A stretch of DNA of 64,000 bases from Eledone cirrhosa (taxonomy: Eukaryota), in contig OZ024740.1 in the NCBI GenBank assembly GCA_964016885.1, positions 251,844,001 to 251,908,000 of the forward strand, read 5' to 3'. Position 1 is the first letter of the stretch. Each line of letters starts with the position of its first letter. Positions 12,001 to 25,600 of the stretch are shown in pieces. The position numbers and the translations under genes were made by a program. The notes below the pieces were generated by a model. The model was not told the DNA's origin, did no database searches, and saw nothing but the letters and a program-made list of their open reading frames with translations.

Positions 12001-15000
12001 ACAAATTATCTCCCTCTGATTTTTTTTACAAATTATCTCCCCCTGATTTTTTTTTTACAAATTATCTCCCCCTGATTTTTTTAAAAATTATCTCCCCCTG
12101 ATTTTTTTACAATCTCCGCCTGATTTTTTTAAAAATTATCTTCCCTTGGCTGGCGGGAAATTATCTCCCCTTGGACGGCTGGAAATTATCTCCCCTTGGA
12201 AGGATGGAAATTATCTCCCCTTGGACGGCTGGATATTATCTCCCCTTGCACGGCTGGAAATTATCTCCCCTTGGCTGGAAATTATCTCCCCTTGGACGGC
12301 TAGAAATTATCTCTCTTTGGACGGCTGGAAATTATCTCCCTTTGATTTTTTTTACAAATTATCTCCCTCTGATATTTTTTACAAATCTCCCCCTGATTTT
12401 TTAAAAAAAATTATCTCCCCTTCGCTGGCTGGAAATTATCTCCCCTTGGACACTGGAAATTATAGCCCCTTGGAGGGCTGGAAATTATCTTCCCTTGGAC
12501 GGCTGGAAATTATCTCCCCTTGATTTTTTTTACAAATTATCTCCGCCTGATTTTTTTTAAAAATTATCTCTCCTTGGACGGCTGGAAATTATCTCCCCTT
12601 GATTTTTTTTACAAATTATCTCCCCCTGATTTTTTTTACAAATTATCTCCCCCTGATTTTTTTTTACAAATTATCTACCACTGATTTTTTTTACAAATTA
12701 TCTCCCCCTGATTTTTTTTACAAATTATCTCCCCCTGATTTTTCTTTTACAAATTATCTCCCCCTGATTTTTTTACAAATTATCTCCCCCTGATTTTTTT
12801 TACAAATTATCTCCGCCTGATTTTTTTAAATATTATCTTCCCTTGGCTGGCGGGAAATTATCTCCCCTTGGACGGCTGGAAATTATCTGCCCTTGATTTT
12901 GTTTTTACAAATTATCTTCCACTGATTTTTTTTACAAATTATCTCCACCTGATTTTTTAAAAAATTATCTCCCCTTGGAAGGCTGGAAATTATCTCCCCT
13001 TGGACGGCTAGAAATTATCTCTCTTTGGACGGCTGGAAATTATCTCCCCTTGATTTTTTTTTACAAATTATCTCCCCCTGATTTTTTTTACAAATATCCC
13101 AGTGATTTTTTTTAAAAAATTATCTCCCCTTCGCTGGCTGGAAATTATCTCCCCTTGGACGCTGGAAATTATAGCCCCTTGGAGGGCTGGAAATTATCTT
13201 CCCTTGGACGGCTGGAAATTATCTCCCCTTGATTTTTTTTACAAATTATCTCCCCCTGATTTTTTTTTACAAATTATCTCCCCCTGATTTTTTTTTACAA
13301 ATTATCTCCCCCTGATTTTTTTTACAACTTATCTCCGCCTGATTTTTTTTAAAAAATCATCTCCCCTTGGACGGCTGGAAATTATCTCCCCTTGGACGGC
13401 TGGAAATTATCTCCCCTTGATTTTTTTTACAAATTATCTCCCCCTGATTTTTTTTACAAATTATCTCCCCTGATTTTTTTTTACAAATTATCTCCCCCTG
13501 ATTTTTTTTTACAAATTATCTCCCCCTGATTTTTTTTACAAATTATCTCCCCCTGATTTTTTTACAAATTATCTCCCCTTGGCTGGCTGGAAATTATCTC
13601 CCCTTGGAGGCAGGAATTTATCTCCCCTTGGACGGCTAGAAATTACCTCTCCTTGGACGGCTGGAAAATATGTCTCCTTGGACGGCTGGAAATTATCTCC
13701 CCTTGGACGGCTGGAAATTATCTTCCCTTGGACGGCTGGAAATTATCTCCCCTTGGACGGCTAGAAATTACCTCTCCTTGGACGGCTGAAAATTATCTCC
13801 CCTTGGACGGCTGGAAATTATCTCCCCTTGATTTTTTTACAAATTATCTCCCCCTGATTTTTTTTTACAAATTATCTCCCCCTGATTTTTTTTACAAATT
13901 ATCTCCCCCTGATTTTTTTTACAAATTATCTCCCCCTGATTTTTTTTACAAATTATCTCCGCCTGATTTTTTTAAATATTATCTCTCCTTGGCTGGCGGG
14001 AAATTATCTCCCCTTGGACGGCTGCAAATTATCTCCGCTTGATTTTTTTTACAAATTATCTCCCCCTGATTTTTTTTTACAAATTATCTCCCCCTGATTT
14101 TTTTTACAAATTATCTCCCCCTGATTTTTTTTACAAATTATCTCCCCCTGATTTTTTTTTACAAATTATCTCCCCTTGATTTTTTTTTACAAATTATCTC
14201 CCCCTGATTTTTTTTTTACAAATTATCTCCCCCTGATTTTTTTACAAATTATCTCCCCCTGATTTTTTTTACAAATTATCTCCCCCTGATTTTTTTTACA
14301 AATTATCTCCCCTTGATTTTTTTTTACAAATTATCTCCCCCTGATTTTTTTTTTACAAATTATCTCCCCCTGATTTTTTTAAAAATTATCTTCCCTTGGC
14401 TGGCGGGAAATTATCTCCCCTTGGACGGCTGGAAATTATCTCCCCTTGGAAGGATGTAAATTATCTCCCCTTGGACGGCTGGAAATTATCTCCCCTTGCA
14501 CGGCTGGAAATTATCTCCCCTTGATTTTTTTTACAAATTATCTCCCCCTGATTTTTTTTTACAAATTATCTCCCCCTGATTTTTTTTTACAAATTATCTC
14601 CCCCTGATTTTTTTTACAAATTATCTCCCCCTGATTTTTAAAAAAAAAATTATCTCCCCTTCGCTGGCTGGAAATTATCTCCCCTTGGACGCTGGAAATT
14701 ATAGCCCCTTGGAGGGCTGGAAATTATCTTCCCTTGGACGGCTGGAAATTATCTTCCCTTGGACGGCTGGAAATTATCTCCCCTTGATTTTTTTTACAAA
14801 TTATCTCCCCCTGATTTTTTTTTACAAATTATCTCCCCCTGATTTTTTTTTACAAATTATCTCCCCCTGATTTTTTTTTTACAAATTATCTCCGCTTGAT
14901 TTTTTAAAAAAAATTATCTCCCCTTGGACGGCTGGAAATTATCTCCCCGTGGACGGCTGGAAATTATCTCCCCTTGGACGGCTAGAAATTATCTCTCCTT

Positions 15001-16640
15001 GGACGGCTGAAAATTATCTCCCCTTGGACGGCTGCAAATTATCTCCCCTTGATTTTTTTTACAAATTATCTCCCCCTGATTTTTTTTTACAAATTATCTC
15101 CCCCTGATTTTTTTTACAAATTATCTACCCCTGATTTTTTTTACAAATTATCTCTCCCTGATTTTTTTTACAAATTATCTCCCTCTGATTTTTTTTTACA
15201 AATTATCTCCCCCTGATTTTTTTTTTACAAATTATCTCCCCCTGATTTTTTTACAAATTATCTCCCCCTGATTTTTTTTACAATCTCCGCCTGATTTTTT
15301 AAAAAATTATCTTCCCTTGGCTGGCGGGAAATTATCTCCCCTTGGACGGCTGGAAATTATCTCCCCTTGGACGGCTAGAAATTATCTCTCTTTGGACGGC
15401 TGGAAATTATCTCCCCTTGATTTTTTTTACAAATTATCTCCCCCTGATTTTTTTTACAAATTATCCCCGCATGATTTAAAAAAAAAAAATTATCTCCCCT
15501 TCGCTGGCTGGAAATTATCTCCCCTTGGACGCTGGAAATTATAGCCCCTTGGAGGGCTGGAAATTATCTTCCCTTGGACGGCTGGAAATTATCTCCCCTT
15601 GATTTTTTTTACAAATTATCTCCCCCTGATTTTTTTTTACAAATTATCTCCCCCTGATTTTTTTTTACAAATTATCTCCCCCTGATTTTTTTTTTACAAA
15701 TTATCTCCGCTTGATTTTTAAAAAAAAATTATCTCCCCTTGGACGGCTGGAAATTATCTCCCCTTGGACGGCTGGAAATTATCTCCCCTTGGACGGCTAG
15801 AAATTATCTCTCCTTGGACGGCTGAAAATTATCTCCCCTTGGACGGCTGCAAATTATCTCCCCTTGATTTTTTTTACAAATTATCTCCCCCTGATTTTTT
15901 TTTACAAATTATCTCCCCCTGATTTTTTTTTACAAATTATCTCCCCTTGATTTTTTTTTACAAATTATCTCCCCCTGATTTTTTTTTTACAAATTATCTC
16001 CCCCTGATTTTTTTACAAATTATCTCCCCCTGATTTTTTTTACAAATTATCTCCCCCTGATTTTTTTTACAAATTATCTCCCCTTGATTTTTTTTTACAA
16101 ATTATCTCCCCCTGATTTTTTTTTTACAAATTATCTCCCCCTGATTTTTTTAAAAATTATCTTCCCTTGGCTGGCGGGAAATTATCTCCCCTTGGACGGC
16201 TGGAAATTATCTCCCCTTGGAAGGATGTAAATTATCTCCCCTTGGACGGCTGGAAATTATCTCCCTTGCACGGCTGGAAATTATCTCCCCTTGATTTTTT
16301 TTACAAATTATCTCCCCCTGATTTTTTTTTACAAATTATCTCCCCCTGATTTTTTTTTACAAATTATCTCCCCCTGATTTTTTTTACAAATTATCTCCCC
16401 CTGATTTTTAAAAAAAAAATTATCTCCCCTTCGCTGGCTGGAAATTATCTCCCCTTGGACGCTGGAAATTATAGCCCCTTGGAGGGCTGGAAATTATCTT
16501 CCCTTGGACGGCTGGAAATTATCTTCCCTTGGACGGCTGGAAATTATCTCCCCTTGATTTTTTTTACAAATTATCTCCCCCTGATTTTTTTTTACAAATT
16601 ATCTCCCCCTGATTTTTTTTTACAAATTATCTCCCCCTGA
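1..16640 (+). repeat. Higher-order repeat of ~5.6-5.7 kb, about three copies
   Basis: Equivalent repeat-derived ORFs recur at 190/5893/11516, 820/6522/12146 and 2401/8021/13653 (offsets 5620-5703). Rare variant monomers (CCCTTTATT, CCCTCATT, GGACACTGG, ATATCCCAGTG, GGAGGCAGG) recur in the same order. Confidence 0.92.
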
Positions 16641-19600
16641 TTTTTTTTTTACAAATTATCTCCCCCTGATTTTTTTACAAATTATCTCCCCCTGATTTTT
16701 TTTACAATCTCCGCCTGATTTTTTAAAAAATTATCTTCCCTTGGCGGGCGGGAAATTATCTCCCCTTGGACGGCTGGAAATTATCTCCCCTTGGACGGCT
16801 AGAAATTATCTCTCTTTGGACGGCTGGAAATTATCTCCCCTTGATTTTTTTTACAAATTATCTCCCCCTGATTTTTTTTACAAATTATCCCCGCATGATT
16901 TAAAAAAAAAAAATTATCTCCCCTTCGCTGGCTGGAAATTATCTCCCCTTGGACGCTGGAAATTATAGCCCCTTGGAGGGCTGGAAATTATCTTCCCTTG
17001 GACGGCTGGAAATTATCTCCCCTTGATTTTTTTTACAAATTATCTCCCCCTGATTTTTTTTTACAAATTATCTACCCCTGATTTTTTTTTACAAATTATC
17101 TCCCCCTGATTTTTTTTTTACAAATTATCTCCGCTTGATTTTTTAAAAAAAATTATCTCCCCTTGGACGGCTGGAAATTATCTCCCCTTGGACGGCTGGA
17201 AATTATCTCCCCTTGGACGGCTAGAAATTATCTCTCCTTGGACGGCTGAAAATTATCTCCCCTTGGACGGCTGCAAATTATCTCCCCTTGATTTTTTTTA
17301 CAAATTATCTCCCCCTGATTTTTTTTTACAAATTATCTCCCCCTGATTTTTTTTTACAAATTATCTCCCCTTGATTTTTTTTTACAAATTATCTCCCCCT
17401 GATTTTTTTTTTACAAATTATCTCCCCCTGATTTTTTTACAAATTATCTCCCCCTGATTTTTTTTACAAATTATCTCCCCCTGATTTTTTTTACAAATTA
17501 TCTCCCCTTGATTTTTTTTTACAAATTATCTCCCCCTGATTTTTTTTTTACAAATTATCTCCCCCTGATTTTTTTAAAAATTATCTTCCCTTGGCTGGCG
17601 GGAAATTATCTCCCCTTGGACGGCTGGAAATTATCTCCCCTTGGAAGGATGTAAATTATCTCCCCTTGGAGGCTGGAAATTATCTCCCTTGCACGGCTGG
17701 AAATTATCTCCCCTTGATTTTTTTTACAATTTATCTCCCCCTGATTTTTTTTTACAAATTATCTCCCCCTGATTTTTTTTTACAAATTATCTCCCCCTGA
17801 TTTTTTTTTTACAAATTATCTCCGCTTGATTTTTTAAAAAAAATTATCTCCCCTTGGACGGCTGGAAATTATCTCCCCTTGGACGGCTGGAAATTATCTC
17901 CCCTTGGACGGCTAGAAATTATCTCTCCTTGGACGGCTGAAAATTATCTCCCCTTGGACGGCTGCAAATTATCTCCCCTTGATTTTTTTTACAAATTATC
18001 TCCCCCTGATTTTTTTTTACAAATTATCTCCCCCTGATTTTTTTTTACAAATTATCTCCCCTTGATTTTTTTTTACAAATTATCTCCCCCTGATTTTTTT
18101 TTTACAAATTATCTCCCCCTGATTTTTTTACAAATTATCTCCCCCTGATTTTTTTTACAAATTATCTCCCCCTGATTTTTTTTACAAATTATCTCCCCTT
18201 GATTTTTTTTTACAAATTATCTCCCCCTGATTTTTTTTTTACAAATTATCTCCCCCTGATTTTTTTAAAAATTATCTTCCCTTGGCTGGCGGGAAATTAT
18301 CTCCCCTTGGACGGCTGGAAATTATCTCCCCTTGGAAGGATGTAAATTATCTCCCCTTGGACGGCTGGAAATTATCTCCCCTTGCACGGCTGGAAATTAT
18401 CTCCCCTTGATTTTTTTTACAAATTATCTCCCCCTGATTTTTTTTTACAAATTATCTCCCCCTGATTTTTTTTTACAAATTATCTCCCCCTGATTTTTTT
18501 TACAAATTATCTCCCCCTGATTTTTAAAAAAAAAATTATCTCCCCTTCGCTGGCTGGAAATTATCTCCCCTTGGACGCTGGAAATTATAGCCCCTTGGAG
18601 GGCTGGAAATTATCTTCCCTTGGACGGCTGGAAATTATCTTCCCTTGGACGGCTGGAAATTATCTCCCCTTGATTTTTTTTACAAATTATCTCCCCCTGA
18701 TTTTTTTTTACAAATTATCTCCCCCTGATTTTTTTTTACAAATTATCTCCCCCTGATTTTTTTTTACAAATTATCTCCGCTTGATTTTTTAAAAAAAATT
18801 ATCTCCCCTTGGACGGCTGGAAATTATCTCCCCTTGGACGGCTGGAAATTATCTCCCCTTGGACGGCTAGAAATTATCTCTCCTTGGACGGCTGAAAATT
18901 ATCTCCCCTTGGACGGCTGCAAATTATCTCCCCTTTATTTTTTTTACAAATTATCTCCCCCTGATTTTTTTTTACAAATTATCTCCCCCTCATTTTTTTA
19001 CAAATTATCTACCCCTGATTTTTTTTACAAATTATCTCCCCCTGATTTTTTTTTACAAATTATCTCCCTCTGATTTTTTTTACAAATTATCTCCCCCTGA
19101 TTTTTTTTTTACAAATTATCTCCCCCTGATTTTTTTAAAAATTATCTCCCCCTGATTTTTTTACAATCTCCGCCTGATTTTTTAAAAAATTATCTTCCCT
19201 TGGCTGGCGGGAAATTATCTCCCCTTGGACGGCTGGAAATTATCTCCCCTTGGAAGGATGGAAATTATCTCCCCTTGGACGGCTGGATATTATCTCCCCT
19301 TGCACGGCTGGAAATTATCTCCCCTTGGCTGGAAATTATCTCCCCTTGGACGGCTAGAAATTATCTCTCTTTGGACGGCTGGAAATTATCTCCCTTTGAT
19401 TTTTTTTACAAATTATCTCCCTCTGATATTTTTTACAAATCTCCCCCTGATTTTTTAAAAAAAATTATCTCCCCTTCGCTGGCTGGAAATTATCTCCCCT
19501 TGGACACTGGAAATTATAGCCCCTTGGAGGGCTGGAAATTATCTTCCCTTGGACGGCTGGAAATTATCTCCCCTTGATTTTTTTTACAAATTATCTCCGC

Positions 19601-22600
19601 CTGATTTTTTTTAAAAATTATCTCTCCTTGGACGGCTGGAAATTATCTCCCCTTGATTTTTTTTACAAATTATCTCCCCCTGATTTTTTTTACAAATTAT
19701 CTCCCCCTGATTTTTCTTTTACAAATTATCTCCCCCTGATTTTTTTACAAATTATCTCCCCCTGATTTTTTTTACAAATTATCTCCGCCTGATTTTTTTA
19801 AATATTATCTTCCCTTGGCTGGCGGGAAATTATCTCCCCTTGGACGGCTGGAAATTATCTGCCCTTGATTTTGTTTTTACAAATTATCTTCCACTGATTT
19901 TTTTTACAAATTATCTCCACCTGATTTTTTAAAAAATTATCTCCCCTTGGAAGGCTGGAAATTATCTCCCCTTGGACGGCTAGAAATTATCTCTCTTTGG
20001 ACGGCTGGAAATTATCTCCCCTTGATTTTTTTTACAAATTATCTCCCCCTGATTTTTTTTACAAATATCCCAGTGATTTTTTTTAAAAAATTATCTCCCC
20101 TTCGCTGGCTGGAAATTATCTCCCCTTGGACGCTGGAAATTATAGCCCCTTGGAGGGCTGGAAATTATCTTCCCTTGGACGGCTGGAAATTATCTCCCCT
20201 TGATTTTTTTTACAAATTATCTCCCCCTGATTTTTTTTTACAAATTATCTCCCCCTGATTTTTTTTTTACAAATTATCTCCGCTTGATTTTTAAAAAAAA
20301 ATTATAGCCCCTTGGAGGGCTGGAAATTATCTTCCCTTGGACGGCTGGAAATTATCTCCCCTTGATTTTTTTTACAAATTATCTCCCCCTGATTTTTTTT
20401 TACAAATTATCTCCCCCTGATTTTTTTTTACAAATTATCTCCCCCTGATTTTTTTTACAACTTATCTCCGCCTGATTTTTTTTAAAAAATCATCTCCCCT
20501 TGGACGGCTGGAAATGATCTCCCCTTGGACGGCTGGAAATTATCTCTCCTTGGACGGCTAGAAATTACCTCTCCTTGGACAATTGAAAATTATCTCCCCT
20601 TGGACGGCTGGAAATTATCTCCCCTTGATTTTTTTTACAAATTATCTCCCCCTGATTTTTTTTTACAAATTATCTCCCCTGATTTTTTTTTACAAATTAT
20701 CTCCCCCTGATTTTTTTTTACAAATTATCTCCCCCTGATTTTTTTTACAAATTATCTCCCCCTGATTTTTTTACAAATTATCTCCCCTTGGCTGGCTGGA
20801 AATTATCTCCCCTTGGAGGCAGGAATTTATCTCCCCTTGGACGGCTAGAAATTACCTCTCCTTGGACGGCTGGAAAATATGTCTCCTTGGACGGCTGGAA
20901 ATTATCTCCCCTTGGACGGCTGGAAATTATCTCCCCTTGGACGGCTGGAAATTATCTCCCCTTGGACGGCTAGAAATTACCTCTCCTTGGACGTCTGAAA
21001 ATTATCTCCCCTTGGACGGCTGGAAATTATCTCCCCTTGATTTTTTTACAAATTATCTCCCCCTGATTTTTTTTTACAAATTATCTCCCCCTGATTTTTT
21101 TTACAAATTATCTCCCCCTGATTTTTTTTACAAATTATCTCCCCCTGATTTTTTTTACAAATTATCTCCGCCTGATTTTTTTAAATATTATCTCTCCTTG
21201 GCTGGCGGGAAATTATCTCCCCTTGGACGGCTGCAAATTATCTCCGCTTGATTTTTTTTACAAATTATCTCCCCCTGATTTTTTTTTACAAATTATCTCC
21301 CCCTGATTTTTTTTACAAATTATCTCCCCCTGATTTTTTTTACAAATTATCTCCCCCTGATTTTTTTTTACAAATTATCTCCCCTTGATTTTTTTTTACA
21401 AATTATCTCCCCCTGATTTTTTTTTTACAAATTATCTCCCCCTGATTTTTTTACAAATTATCTCCCCCTGATTTTTTTTACAAATTATCTCCCCCTGATT
21501 TTTTTTACAAATTATCTCCCCTTGATTTTTTTTTACAAATTATCTCCCCCTGATTTTTTTTTTACAAATTATCTCCCCCTGATTTTTTTAAAAATTATCT
21601 TCCCTTGGCTGGCGGGAAATTATCTCCCCTTGGACGGCTGGAAATTATCTCCCCTTGGAAGGATGTAAATTATCTCCCCTTGGACGGCTGGAAATTATCT
21701 CCCCTTGCACGGCTGGAAATTATCTCCCCTTGATTTTTTTTACAAATTATCTCCCCCTGATTTTTTTTTACAAATTATCTCCCCCTGATTTTTTTTTACA
21801 AATTATCTCCCCCTGATTTTTTTTACAAATTATCTCCCCCTGATTTTTAAAAAAAAAATTATCTCCCCTTCGCTGGCTGGAAATTATCTCCCCTTGGACG
21901 CTGGAAATTATAGCCCCTTGGAGGGCTGGAAATTATCTTCCCTTGGACGGCTGGAAATTATCTTCCCTTGGACGGCTGGAAATTATCTCCCCTTGATTTT
22001 TTTTACAAATTATCTCCCCCTGATTTTTTTTTACAAATTATCTCCCCCTGATTTTTTTTTACAAATTATCTCCCCCTGATTTTTTTTTTACAAATTATCT
22101 CCGCTTGATTTTTTAAAAAAAATTATCTCCCCTTAGACGGCTGGAAATTATCTCCCCGTGGACGGCTGGAAATTATCTCCCCTTGGACGGCTAGAAATTA
22201 TCTCTCCTTGGACGGCTGAAAATTATCTCCCCTTGGACGGCTGCAAATTATCTCCCCTTGATTTTTTTTACAAATTATCTCCCCCTGATTTTTTTTTACA
22301 AATTATCTCCCCCTGATTTTTTTTACAAATTATCTACCCCTGATTTTTTTTACAAATTATCTCTCCCTGATTTTTTTTACAAATTATCTCCCTCTGATTT
22401 TTTTTTACAAATTATCTCCCCCTGATTTTTTTTTTACAAATTATCTCCCCCTGATTTTTTTACAAATTATCTCCCCCTGATTTTTTTTACAATCTCCGCC
22501 TGATTTTTTAAAAAATTATCTTCCCTTGGCTGGCGGGAAATTATCTCCCCTTGGACGGCTGGAAATTATCTCCCCTTGGACGGCTAGAAATTATCTCTCT

Positions 22601-25600
22601 TTGGACGGCTGGAAATTATCTCCCCTTGATTTTTTTTACAAATTATCTCCCCCTGATTTTTTTTACAAATTATCCCCGCATGATTTAAAAAAAAAAAATT
22701 ATCTCCCCTTCGCTGGCTGGAAATTATCTCCCCTTGGACGCTGGAAATTATAGCCCCTTGGAGGGCTGGAAATTATCTTCCCTTGGACGGCTGGAAATTA
22801 TCTCCCCTTGATTTTTTTTTACAAATTATCTCCCCCTGATTTTTTTTTACAAATTATCTCCCCCTGATTTTTTTTTACAAATTATCTCCCCCTGATTTTT
22901 TTTTTACAAATTATCTCCGCTTGATTTTTTAAAAAAAATTATCTCCACTTGGACGGCTGGAAATTATCTCCCCTTGGACGGCTGGAAATTATCTCCCCTT
23001 GGACGGCTAGAAATTATCTCTCCTTGGACGGCTGAAAATTATCTCCCCTTGGACGGCTGCAAATTATCTCCCCTTGATTTTTTTTACAAATTATCTCCCC
23101 CTGATTTTTTTTTACAAATTATCTCCCCCTGATTTTTTTTTACAAATTATCTCCCCTTGATTTTTTTTTACAAATTATCTCCCCCTGATTTTTTTTTTAC
23201 AAATTATCTCCCCCTGATTTTTTTACAAATTATCTCCCCCTGATTTTTTTTACAAATTATCTCCCCCTGATTTTTTTTACAAATTATCTCCCCTTGATTT
23301 TTTTTTACAAATTATCTCCCCCTGATTTTTTTTTTACAAATTATCTCCCCCTGATTTTTTTAAAAATTATCTTCCCTTGGCTGGCGGGAAATTATCTCCC
23401 CTTGGACGGCTGGAAATTATCTCCCCTTGGAAGGATGTAAATTATCTCCCCTTGGAGGCTGGAAATTATCTCCCTTGCACGGCTGGAAATTATCTCCCCT
23501 TGATTTTTTTTACAAATTATCTCCCCCTGATTTTTTTTTACAAATTATCTCCCCCTGATTTTTTTTTACAAATTATCTCCCCCTGATTTTTTTTTTACAA
23601 ATTATCTCCGCTTGATTTTTTAAAAAAAATTATCTCCCCTTGGACGGCTGGAAATTATCTCCCCTTGGACGGCTGGAAATTATCTCCCCTTGGACGGCTA
23701 GAAATTATCTCTCCTTGGACGGCTGAAAATTATCTCCCCTTGGACGGCTGCAAATTATCTCCCCTTGATTTTTTTTACAAATTATCTCCCCCTGATTTTT
23801 TTTTACAAATTATCTCCCCCTGATTTTTTTTTACAAATTATCTCCCCTTGATTTTTTTTTACAAATTATCTCCCCCTGATTTTTTTTTTACAAATTATCT
23901 CCCCCTGATTTTTTTACAAATTATCTCCGCCTGATTTTTTTTACAAATTATCTCCCCCTGATTTTTTTTACAAATTATCTCCCCTTGATTTTTTTTTACA
24001 AATTATCTCCCCCTGATTTTTTTTTTACAAATTATCTCCCCCTGATTTTTTTAAAAATTATCTTCCCTTGGCTGGCGGGAAATTATCTCCCCTTGGACGG
24101 CTGGAAATTATCTCCCCTTGGAAGGATGTAAATTATCTCCCCTTGGACGGCTGGAAATTATCTCCCCTTGCACGGCTGGAAATTATCTCCCCTTGATTTT
24201 TTTTACAAATTATCTCCCCCTGATTTTTTTTTACAAATTATCTCCCCCTGATTTTTTTTTACAAATTATCTCCCCCTGATTTTTTTTACAAATTATCTCC
24301 CCCTGATTTTTAAAAAAAAAATTATCTCCCCTTCGCTGGCTGGAAATTATCTCCCCTTGGACGCTGGAAATTATAGCCCCTTGGAGGGCTGGAAATTATC
24401 TTCCCTTGGACGGCTGGAAATTATCTTCCCTTGGACGGCTGGAAATTATCTCCCCTTGATTTTTTTTACAAATTATCTCCCCCTGATTTTTTTTTACAAA
24501 TTATCTCCCCCTGATTTTTTTTTACAAATTATCTCCCCCTGATTTTTTTTTTACAAATTATCTCCGCTTGATTTTTTAAAAAAAATTATCTCCCCTTGGA
24601 CGGCTGGAAATTATCTCCCCTTGGACGGCTGGAAATTATCTCCCCTTGGACGGCTAGAAATTATCTCTCCTTGGACGGCTGAAAATTATCTCCCCTTGGA
24701 CGGCTGCAAATTATCTCCCCTTTATTTTTTTTACAAATTATCTCCCCCTGATTTTTTTTTACAAATTATCTCCCCCTCATTTTTTTACAAATTATCTACC
24801 CCTGATTTTTTTTACAAATTATCTCCCCCTGATTTTTTTTTACAAATTATCTCCCTCTGATTTTTTTTACAAATTATCTCCCCCTGATTTTTTTTTTACA
24901 AATTATCTCCCCCTGATTTTTTTAAAAATTATCTCCCCCTGATTTTTTTACAATCTCCGCCTGATTTTTTTAAAAATTATCTTCCCTTGGCTGGCGGGAA
25001 ATTATCTCCCCTTGGACGGCTGGAAATTATCTCCCCTTGGAAGGATGGAAATTATCTCCCCTTGGACGGCTGGATATTATCTCCCCTTGCACGGCTGGAA
25101 ATTATCTCCCCTTGGCTGGAAATTATCTCCCCTTGGACGGCTAGAAATTATCTCTCTTTGGACGGCTGGAAATTATCTCCCTTTGATTTTTTTTACAAAT
25201 TATCTCCCTCTGATATTTTTTACAAATCTCCCCCTGATTTTTTAAAAAAAATTATCTCCCCTTCGCTGGCTGGAAATTATCTCCCCTTGGACACTGGAAA
25301 TTATAGCCCCTTGGAGGGCTGGAAATTATCTTCCCTTGGACGGCTGGAAATTATCTCCCCTTGATTTTTTTTACAAATTATCTCCGCCTGATTTTTTTTA
25401 AAAATTATCTCTCCTTGGACGGCTGGAAATTATCTCCCCTTGATTTTTTTTACAAATTATCTCCCCCTGATTTTTTTTACAAATTATCTCCCCCTGATTT
25501 TTTTTTACAAATTATCTACCACTGATTTTTTTTACAAATTATCTCCCCCTGATTTTTTTTACAAATTATCTCCCCCTGATTTTTCTTTTACAAATTATCT

